Shown: positions 28,845-36,070 of the stretch, piece by piece
Layout: each line of letters opens with the position of its first letter
Position numbering within the stretch: position 1 is the first letter of the stretch
Source of the DNA: a bacterium
Lineage (GTDB): Bacteria > Zhuqueibacterota > Zhuqueibacteria > Oceanimicrobiales > Oceanimicrobiaceae
Reading direction: 5' to 3'
NCBI GenBank assembly: GCA_046757525.1
Contig: JBHHYI010000023.1
Location: 1-36,070 of the forward strand
Length of the DNA stretch: 36,070 bases
Notes under the pieces: generated by a model
Seen by the model: the letters and a program-made list of their open reading frames with translations, nothing else
What the model was told of the DNA's origin: nothing
Databases searched by the model: none
Made by a program: the position numbers and the translations under genes

Positions 28845-29063
28845 CGTTGTTTCGCCTCTCTCAATTCTACAAATTGATACGTATGGCACGTGAAATAGTT
28901 TAGTTGCTGCTGCGCTGAGAAACTATTGTCGGATAGGAGTAGAGGATACGATAGCCCAGTCTTTCACCAGGGAACCAGTACGTGTCGGTTGATGGTTTCT
29001 GTAATGTGTTCAGAATAATATAAAACGAACTCTCCGTATGAAAGTGTTTATTGGAATCCGTAA

Positions 29064-29152
29064 GATTAACGCCGCAAATCACTGACGGCAAAAAGCAGAG
29101 CGAGGAACGAGCAGCGCTTTCTGCCGTCCGAGTACATTTGACCTTGTTATGT
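29064..29152 (-). other. Integron attC site (89 bp)
   Basis: Minus strand ACATAAC-AAGGTCAAATGTACTCGGACGGCAGAAAGCGCTGCTCG...CTCTGCTTTTTGCCGTCAGTGATTTGCGGC-GTTAATC, a long imperfect hairpin 13 bp after a stop codon. Confidence 0.85.
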
Positions 29153-29165
29153 GTTTTTAAATAAA

Positions 29166-29466
29166 CTATTTTCCAATTACAAACCCAATTACAGCGCCAC
29201 CAATTATACCTACGGTCAATGTCGGGACATATGCCTTCGTAATAATTGCATCGGGAAGACTTACCAATAGCCCGATAATTAAGCCTGATATCCAGTGCGG
29301 AAATGTCAGTTTTGTGTTGGCAATTAAAAAACCGATTGCAAATCGGTTAGCAAACGCCCCCCAGCATGGCCACTTTCTTATTGGGTAAATCAAGTGGAAT
29401 CATTAGGAGAATATCAACTACTCCATATACGACTCCAGCCACCAATCCAACGATCACTGATGACAT
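29166..29466 (-). pseudogene. Small multi-TM membrane protein with a +1 frameshift in a G6 run
   Basis: MSSVIVGLVAGVVYGVVDILLMIPLDLPNKKVAMLG joins AFANRFAIGFLIA...VIGK* if one base of 29357-29362 is removed (301 nt becomes 99 aa). Confidence 0.82.
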
Positions 29467-29549
29467 TTTAATTACCTTTTATTTTGTATTGGGCTGTGCA
29501 TGATACTTCATTTTCATATATTTATCGCCAACAGCAAGTTCGTCAAGCA

Positions 29550-29599
29550 TTTGTTCAGTGGCATTCCACAGCTCTGACATTCTTATGAAGTTTTTCCAT
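29550..29599 (-). pseudogene. Remnant of a zinc-ribbon protein (CQSCGMP family)
   Basis: ATG GAA AAA CTT CAT AAG AAT [T]GT CAG AGC TGT GGA ATG CCA CTG AAC AAA gives MEKLHKN-CQSCGMPLNK with a 1-nt deletion, then truncation. Confidence 0.6.
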
Positions 29600-30059
29600 C
29601 TTTTCTGTTTTTAGCCTCAAAATCTTTATGTTCCTTTAATTCACAATTTACCATCCAATGAATGCCAAATTTGTCTTCAAACATACCAAAATATGCTCCC
29701 CAAAAAGTCTTGTTTAGAGGCATTTTGATTTTCCCGCCTTCTGAAAGTTCATTGTAAATCCTTGTGACTTCTTCCACAGACTCTGTATTGATTGAAATAG
29801 AAAAATTATTTCCTTCTACAGTGGCTTTTCCAAATGCCTTAGAAGAATCACTTCCCATTAAAACCGTTTCTTTACTAATTGGCAAAGAAATATGCATGAT
29901 TTTCTCTTTGTCAGCTTCTGAAACTGGATAATCTGGGTTTTCAGGCATATCCTTAAATTTCCCAACATAAGGAAAATCACCTCCAAATACAGATTTGTAA
30001 AAATTGAATGCTTCTTCACAGGTTCCATTAAATGTTAAATAAGGATTGATTGTTGTCAT
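29583..30059 (-). CDS. VOC/PhnB-family protein (gene cassette)
   Basis: INPYLTFNGTCEEAFNFYKSVFGG, IMH, LMGSD, MPLNKTFWGAYFGMFEDKFGIHWMVN; very AT-rich. Confidence 0.93.
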   Translation of the reverse strand: MTTINPYLTFNGTCEEAFNFYKSVFGGDFPYVGKFKDMPENPDYPVSEADKEKIMHISLPISKETVLMGSDSSKAFGKATVEGNNFSISINTESVEEVTRIYNELSEGGKIKMPLNKTFWGAYFGMFEDKFGIHWMVNCELKEHKDFEAKNRKDGKTS

Positions 30060-30167
30060 GTTATTTCCTTTTTAGTTTAGTTGACAATCATGTTTATTTT
30101 CTATTATACAAATTATAGCTTATCTATTCAAAAAAATCATCTATCGGATTCCTAATTTTACTATCTA

Positions 30168-30254
30168 CACATACGCTTCGCATCACCGGACGCAAAGAGC
30201 AGATCGAGGCACGAGCAGCGTTTTTTGCGGTCCGAGTTGACGCGATTGTTATGT
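30168..30254 (-). other. Integron attC site with a damaged R' core
   Basis: Minus strand ACATAAC-AATCGCGTCAACTCGGACCGCAAAAAACGCTGCTCG...TTTGCGTCCGGTGATGCGAAGC-GTATGT (one T missing from GTTATGT). Aligns with 29064..29152. Confidence 0.82.
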
Positions 30255-30260
30255 TTATTT

Positions 30261-30578
30261 TTAGCCTGGCATCTGTATTAACTCTGACACCTCAAGTGAA
30301 CCGCCAATATCAAGAAACGGGCAAGCTTTTGCAATCTCCAGTGCCGTCTCCATAGAATCAGCCTCAATTATAGTGTAACCAGACATTGTCGTTGTGCCTC
30401 CAGCGGTAACAGTACCATCAGAGTTTACTGTGCTCGTATTCTTAAGCGGATTAGCAGGACTAACAACTGAGTCGCCCAATGACGATAACCAATCCATATA
30501 TTTCGACATATGTTGCTTACCTTCCACTGGGCTAGATGGCTGATTGCCACCTAGATAAACAATTACGTATTGAGGCAT
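30261..30578 (-). CDS. YciI/DGPF-like protein (gene cassette)
   Basis: YMDWLSSLG...PANPL...SGYTIIEADSMETALEIAKACPFLDIGGSLEVSEL, AAGGAG RBS. Bounded by GTTATGT (30633-30627) and ACATAAC (30254-30248). Confidence 0.88.
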   Translation of the reverse strand: MPQYVIVYLGGNQPSSPVEGKQHMSKYMDWLSSLGDSVVSPANPLKNTSTVNSDGTVTAGGTTTMSGYTIIEADSMETALEIAKACPFLDIGGSLEVSELIQMPG

Positions 30579-30840
30579 TTGCGTTTCTCCTTTTTTGAAA
30601 ATTAAATTTTACCGTACTACAAAAAAACATAACCAGTGATTGTACAGTTTCCGGATACCATCAAATTCTCGATCCGCCTAACATCCGATGAGCGAACGGG
30701 CAGCAGCGCTTTCAGCATGTTCAAAGGAAATGTCTTGATTGGTGAGGCATGACCAGTGGGAAGGAAAACTTGACCTCAATATCCGGATTCGTCGTCCTGA
30801 GACACCTCCTCGTAAACTCACAAGGCTTTGGCTTTATTAG

Positions 30841-30868
30841 ATTATACAAGAATTCCCAATTTTGTCAA
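30841..30868 (-). promoter_or_regulatory. Perfect-consensus sigma70 promoter facing the cassette array
   Basis: Minus strand TTGACA-AAATTGGGAATTCTTG(16)-TATAAT. Confidence 0.7.
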
Positions 30869-31252
30869 GGAAAATTCCCGAAAGCGCCATCGCCAGGGAC
30901 CACACGCTGGGAAAAAGGCGGCGAGGAAACACAGGCCGGACGGCTTTGTATTTGCGACCGTGGCCTTTGCCCTGTTTCTGCCGCATATCCTGGCCGTGAC
31001 CGACACGGTCTCCTTCTGTCGCGATGTGCTGGGCTGGGAAGCGCCGGAAGCGATGGTAGAATGATTTCCTGTCTGCGGCGGGTCTACTTGCTTGGCTTTT
31101 CCTACCACCCCCATGCCGCCGCGGCCTATCGGCCTGCGGCGCTCCGATGGGTCGGTGGTCCAGTCGGACACCGTTCGCACCGGATACCGCCTTGGTCGAA
31201 TTTTTCCAACACTGGGTAAGGCAAAATCTCTTTTCCAATCATAAGCCTGCCC

Positions 31253-34177
31253 TCACTTGTTCACCGGTCCCAGGTAATGGTCCAGCCAGGTGAGCATCTC
31301 CTTAACCAGTTCTGTTCGCGGCACCGAGTGGCCTCCTTCATAGAGAAACAGCTTCCTGTCTTTCTTCGCCGTTCCCAATAATTCGAAAAATGGACGCTGG
31401 GAGGTTTCATAGGGGAAAAAGAAATCGTATTTTCCATTGAGCATCAGCACTGGCATGGTAATCCGTGGTAGAAAATTGACCGGCTCGACCTCGGGCAGTG
31501 CTGGCTGGAACAGCAATCCGGCCACCAAAAGCACGCTGGTCTTGATGCGTTTCTCAACGGCGGGGATGATTCCTCCCATCGCGCCGCCCCAACTGATGCC
31601 GTAGTAGGCCATCCGTTCGCTGTCGATGTCCTCGCGGGTCTCCAGATAATCGATGGAACGACGGAAATCCTTCGCCCACATGATCACGTGGTCTTTCCAA
31701 AAATTGGTCGTGTTAGGATAGTCGGAATGGAGATCGTCGCCGCGCTCAAAGGTGCTTTTATAGATGGGGTACATCAAAGCACGCCCGCTCTTCAGGATGA
31801 AATTTCTCGATCCCACTCCCAATCGCTCGCTGGAACGGGTATGAATGGCTCCTGAACCGGGGAAATAAACCACGGTTTGAAAAAGCGGTTGGCTGTTTTT
31901 GGGCAGAAACAGATAGGCCATCATCCGTTCGTTTCCGTAGGCGGCATCGAAAGCGATTTTTTGGCGGATGTAATATTCCGCTTCCTGAGTGGATTCGATT
32001 ACCGCATGCATAGGCGCTCGATCATAGTCATATTGGCGGAGAAACAGTTTGAAGGTGGCATCCGACACTGATTTTTCATTTAAAAAATCACGGAACGGCA
32101 ACTGAATGGTCTTCTCCAGTTCAACGTGCTCGGCTTCACCCTGCAAATAGCGGATGCAGCGAAATCCGTTGGTTTCTGTGCGATCGAAAGGATTCTGGGC
32201 ATAAGCATCATTAAAAGCGTAAGGCGGATCGTTCCAGCCGCCGCCGAGAATAAAACGCCCGCCCCGGCTGCTTTGATTGATACACCATTCCCGCACATTT
32301 CCCGCAAGATCAAAAATGCCAAAGCGATTCATGCTGTTCGTCTGACCGACGGCTTCAGGACGGCTGCTGGTGAGATTGCTGGAGGGCACGATGGCCGGGC
32401 TGGCCCAGGTAAAGGCCACTCGATCCCAATGGTAGATGGTTGGCAGGCTTTTTCCAGCAAATTCTGCATAAGCCACCGCCTCGTGCCAGCTCACCCCGGT
32501 CACCGGAGCATCCGCCTGCCCTTCCAGATAGTCGCCAACTTCCCAGGTGGAAGGACCGGGCTGCCCGGTCTTGTCCGTAAACAAAGCCATGGCTGCTTTC
32601 CAGCTCAATTTCTGTCCGTCTTTTCTGAATGGATATTTCCAATAGGACTGACTCTGGTATCCGCCGGCATCCACAAACTTTTTATATTCCCGGTTGGACA
32701 CTTCGTAGCGATCCATGAGAAAATCGCCCACGGGCACGAAGGGATGCTGCTCCAAACCGGGCATGTGCAGGCCGGCGGGAGCACCGGTAATGTGGTACCA
32801 ACTCGAGATTTGTGGTACCAACTCCATGTCGTCCGGAATGCTTCCCGTGGGAGTCAATTTGTACCTGAGCGTGTCATTTAAAAAGGCCGCATTCCAGACG
32901 ATGTCGTAAGCGGCTTTGTAGCCATCGTTCTCCAATTTTATTCTGGAAAAACCTATTGGAAAATCGATGCTGTCCAGCGATGTCTCTCCGAAATAGCGCC
33001 AGGCCTGACCGGAATCCGCATACGCCTTGGCGAAAACCCTGGCCCCGGGAGGCGCTGAATAAATCTTGACAGGTTGAGAAAATTTCCGCCGAAGAAGTTT
33101 TAGCAGCGGGTCATGGGGAACGACTTGGGCGGCCTGCTCGCTCAATTGGAATGCGGCCCAGGATTTCGGCCCCTCCCCGGTCCACGGCAAGTCTTGTACC
33201 AGCGCTTGAATTTGCGGCACGAGCTGCTGGCGCACCCAACGGACCCTGGTGTTATGCCGAACCCACCAGATTGTACCCAAGCCCACTCCGATCAGCAACA
33301 GAACAACCGGAACCGCAAATCGCGGTGTCCGCAGCAAGGCGGAAAGGGAAAGCGCTCCAGGTGCCATTTTGGTAGAACTGAGCGCCTGGCAGGCTTCCAT
33401 TAGTTCCGCAGTTGAGGAGTAGCGTTGCTCCGGGTCCTTGGCCAGGCAGCGACTGACAATGGCCGCCAGTTCCGGGGGCGTGTCATCGCGATGGCTGGTA
33501 ACCGGTTCCGGCTCCGTGTTCAGGATCGCATAAATGACCGCCTGCTCGTAATCGCCTTTGAAGGGCAACTCTCCGGTCAGCATTTCATAGAGCACCACCC
33601 CGAACGCCCAGATGTCCGTGCGCTGATCCACCTCCTCGCCGCGGGCTTGTTCGGGTGACATGTAGGCGGCCGTTCCCAGCGTGGTCCCCACCTGCGTCAC
33701 CAGCGCACCGCCGCGCACCTTGGCCAGCCCGAAATCCATGATTTTGACCTGACCGTTGCCCGTGACCATGATGTTGGCGCTCTTGATGTCGCGGTGTACG
33801 ACGCCTTTTTCGTGTGCGGCTTGCAGGCCGGCGGCGATTTGGGTGGCGATTTCAATGATTCTGTTTACTGAAAACTGATCACTGATGATTTCTTTCAACT
33901 CCCTCCCCTCGATGTACTCCATCACGATGAACATTTCATCATCCACTTCTTCGATGGCGTGAATGGTTGCAATGTTCGGGTGGTTCAAGGCTGCGGCGGC
34001 TTTAGCCTCAGTTTTGAACCTTTCTCGCTCCTCCGAATTGGCGGCGATGTGGTGCGGTAGAAACTTAATTGCAACCGTGCGCTCGAGTTTTTTGTCCTCG
34101 GCTTTGTAGACCACGCCCATGCCGCCTTCGCCGAGTTTCGCGAGAATTTCATAATGAAGTATGGTTTTGCCAGTCAT
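31253..34177 (-). CDS. Ser/Thr protein kinase - TM - FGE/sulfatase-modifying-factor domain - alpha/beta hydrolase
   Basis: Kinase: GEGGMG, VAIK, HRDIKSAN, DFG, SPE. TM about aa 287-305. FGE: MDRYEVSN, PVTGVSWHEA, DLAGNVREW, GFRC. Hydrolase: GISWG, GKYD, GGH. Confidence 0.95.
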   Translation of the reverse strand: MTGKTILHYEILAKLGEGGMGVVYKAEDKKLERTVAIKFLPHHIAANSEERERFKTEAKAAAALNHPNIATIHAIEEVDDEMFIVMEYIEGRELKEIISDQFSVNRIIEIATQIAAGLQAAHEKGVVHRDIKSANIMVTGNGQVKIMDFGLAKVRGGALVTQVGTTLGTAAYMSPEQARGEEVDQRTDIWAFGVVLYEMLTGELPFKGDYEQAVIYAILNTEPEPVTSHRDDTPPELAAIVSRCLAKDPEQRYSSTAELMEACQALSSTKMAPGALSLSALLRTPRFAVPVVLLLIGVGLGTIWWVRHNTRVRWVRQQLVPQIQALVQDLPWTGEGPKSWAAFQLSEQAAQVVPHDPLLKLLRRKFSQPVKIYSAPPGARVFAKAYADSGQAWRYFGETSLDSIDFPIGFSRIKLENDGYKAAYDIVWNAAFLNDTLRYKLTPTGSIPDDMELVPQISSWYHITGAPAGLHMPGLEQHPFVPVGDFLMDRYEVSNREYKKFVDAGGYQSQSYWKYPFRKDGQKLSWKAAMALFTDKTGQPGPSTWEVGDYLEGQADAPVTGVSWHEAVAYAEFAGKSLPTIYHWDRVAFTWASPAIVPSSNLTSSRPEAVGQTNSMNRFGIFDLAGNVREWCINQSSRGGRFILGGGWNDPPYAFNDAYAQNPFDRTETNGFRCIRYLQGEAEHVELEKTIQLPFRDFLNEKSVSDATFKLFLRQYDYDRAPMHAVIESTQEAEYYIRQKIAFDAAYGNERMMAYLFLPKNSQPLFQTVVYFPGSGAIHTRSSERLGVGSRNFILKSGRALMYPIYKSTFERGDDLHSDYPNTTNFWKDHVIMWAKDFRRSIDYLETREDIDSERMAYYGISWGGAMGGIIPAVEKRIKTSVLLVAGLLFQPALPEVEPVNFLPRITMPVLMLNGKYDFFFPYETSQRPFFELLGTAKKDRKLFLYEGGHSVPRTELVKEMLTWLDHYLGPVNK

Positions 34178-34211
34178 TAATGTTCCTCTTCACTTGCTAT
34201 AATCTTCACCT

Positions 34212-36070
34212 TCACTCCTCCAGCATTTCGACCCAGTTGCGCAGAATGGTCAGCTGCGAACCGCTACGGGTATCCGCTTCCGGTTGCAGCAAGAAACTTT
34301 GGCCATCCGGGTGGGCGTCAAGGAGACGGAATCCTGGATTCGCCATAACGATCTCTGATGATGACACAGAAGGCTTGTCTTGGAAGTCAACCTGTACGGC
34401 AACGAGCTGTTCCTCGCCGTTCAAATAGAAGAGCTCTTTGCCGTCCTTACGCCAACGCGGCATGGAGCCTCCTTCGGCGGAAACGCGAAGCGAAGCCCCC
34501 GGGCCCGGGAAGGGTCGAAGGTAGACATCGCTGTCGTTGCGGCCTTCATCCGAAGTGTAGGCATACCATTGCCCATTGGGAGCGAAACGCGCTTCGAAGA
34601 CATTAAAGGAGCCCGCAAGCACGCGGGAAGCCGTTCCATTTTCCACATCACAAGCCCACAGCTCCCGGTGCGCTTGGGTCGCATCCGCAGCATACACAAA
34701 AAGGATGGTGCGGCCATCGGGGGAGCACTCGATAGACACAATTTCTCCCGAATCCGACTGAAAGATTGTCTCCTCCCTGGCCGTGCCTGCAACCATTACC
34801 CGACGTAATTGTCCACTGACCCGGATAGCGGAATAAACGATGCTGGTATCACCCGGCGACCAGGAGAAAGGATATGGGAAGGTCACTTCCGTGGGGATGC
34901 GTTCACTGATCTTGCGGGTCAGGTCATGCACCCAAAGCTCCCGACCTGCAATGGCCACGCGCTTTCCATCATGTGAGAATTGACGAACCCAGCCGCCCTC
35001 TCGGTGTGCGAGGGAGTCGAGTACCTCACCCTTTCTGTTCATCAAAATGGGGAAGTTCTGCCGGCCTTGCCGTGATGGCACAAACACGATCGTCCGGCTG
35101 GTGACCGATAGCTGGGAGTTGCCACCGGGCGTGCGGAAATTCGATAAGATGGGAAGTGGCTGGCCACTTAGCGTACCGCTGCCGGGGTCGAACCGCTGGG
35201 CAAACAGGGAGGCAACCGTCAAATCGTTGCCGAGCCGAAAAATCAAAAAACCGGATCCTACATATTCAGGATTTGCGCCATCCCGAATCAGTTCAATCTC
35301 CCCCGTTTCCAAATCACCTTTGTAGATATTGGTTTTGTTGTCCGTGCCAAAATCGAAGACAAAAAAAAGAAAATGCCGGCCATCCGGCAAGAAAACCGGA
35401 CTGCGGTGCTGCTCTCCCTGATATCTGAGCCGCGTGACCTGGACCGGTGTGCCGCCTGCCGCAGGAATCTGAAATAAGGGTCCTCGTGCAGGATTGTAGA
35501 GGATGACGCCTTGAGCGTTCCACGTACCACCAGCAGGTCGCGGGGCGGGAGCGAGTATAATTGGCGGCCCGCCTTTCGCTGGCACCACCCGCAGCTTATC
35601 TCCAGCGAAATAGCCCAGCATCGAGCCGTCCGGTGACCAGAATGGTAGCTCGGCTCCCTCCGTGCCCGGCAGCGGTCTCGTACTTCCGTCCGCGAGATCG
35701 CGAATCCGGAGTTTGCCCCCATCAAAGTCCGACGATGGCGCATACGCCAGGTGCGTGCCATCGGGGGAAAGCGCAAAATTTCTTCGCGAGTTTACTGCCG
35801 GACCCGCACCTTCCTCAAAGTTCAGCGAAGCGGTCAAAGGCAGCGGTGTATCGGGTGACTTCGACAGTTGCGATCCCAACCACCCGAGCACCAGTCCTGT
35901 CAAAACCGCCAAGGGTAAGAAAACCTTCACTTGCCGGTTACTCTTTGAAGGACGTGGGGTGATGAGCGGCTTGGTGGTGATTCTCGATCTGCTCAGAGAC
36001 GTCGTCTCAATGGCTTTCAAATCCGCCGGCAGCTCGTCCACATGCTGGTAGCGGGTCTTGGGGTCCTTAG
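34212..36070 (-). CDS. Ser/Thr protein kinase with TolB/PD40-like beta-propellers (5' part outside the window)
   Basis: The frame is open to the window edge with KDPKTRYQHVDEL (kinase subdomain XI), then a TM segment and repeated SPDG/LPDG motifs. Confidence 0.88.
   Translation of the reverse strand, partial: KDPKTRYQHVDELPADLKAIETTSLSRSRITTKPLITPRPSKSNRQVKVFLPLAVLTGLVLGWLGSQLSKSPDTPLPLTASLNFEEGAGPAVNSRRNFALSPDGTHLAYAPSSDFDGGKLRIRDLADGSTRPLPGTEGAELPFWSPDGSMLGYFAGDKLRVVPAKGGPPIILAPAPRPAGGTWNAQGVILYNPARGPLFQIPAAGGTPVQVTRLRYQGEQHRSPVFLPDGRHFLFFVFDFGTDNKTNIYKGDLETGEIELIRDGANPEYVGSGFLIFRLGNDLTVASLFAQRFDPGSGTLSGQPLPILSNFRTPGGNSQLSVTSRTIVFVPSRQGRQNFPILMNRKGEVLDSLAHREGGWVRQFSHDGKRVAIAGRELWVHDLTRKISERIPTEVTFPYPFSWSPGDTSIVYSAIRVSGQLRRVMVAGTAREETIFQSDSGEIVSIECSPDGRTILFVYAADATQAHRELWACDVENGTASRVLAGSFNVFEARFAPNGQWYAYTSDEGRNDSDVYLRPFPGPGASLRVSAEGGSMPRWRKDGKELFYLNGEEQLVAVQVDFQDKPSVSSSEIVMANPGFRLLDAHPDGQSFLLQPEADTRSGSQLTILRNWVEMLEE

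Noticed and set aside
30749..31238. Several overlapping ORFs on both strands
   Set aside because: None has a recognisable domain. Possibly a decayed membrane gene, but it cannot be supported.
31253..34177. FGE/C-type-lectin-fold domain as a diversity-generating retroelement target
   Set aside because: No reverse transcriptase and no template repeat differing at adenines were seen in the window.

Overview
Bacterial window in which every credible gene lies on the minus strand. The gene content (expanded Hanks-type kinases, SpoIIE phosphatases, VPS10-like proteins, M28/S9 peptidases) suggests a KSB1/Calditrichota-like organism; this is an inference. Positions 0.3-18 kb are mostly metabolic and signalling genes: a beta-hydroxyacid dehydrogenase, two M28 peptidases, pgk, PilZ, BlaI with an M56-TonB fusion, cytochrome c, GAF-SpoIIE and a DPP-IV. 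These are interspersed with several classes of small palindromic or periodic repeats and an internally deleted IS200/IS605 tnpA flanked by REP-like inverted repeats. Positions 18-36 kb are a plastic region with two tandem VPS10/BNR proteins bracketed by Ser/Thr-kinase remnants, a decaying integrase-less integron cassette array (about 25.1-30.9 kb) downstream of a perfect-consensus sigma70 promoter, and two kinases with different C-terminal modules. The most notable observations are: (i) three kinase paralogues each carry a different repeat-like DNA element in-frame at the same position after the hinge; (ii) an un-called Cys/His-rich membrane ORF lies in-frame directly behind the dehydrogenase stop codon with no canonical start; (iii) the cassette array includes signalling phosphatases; (iv) a recurrent hairpin+TAGG element end is paired with 9-bp periodic inverted arms.
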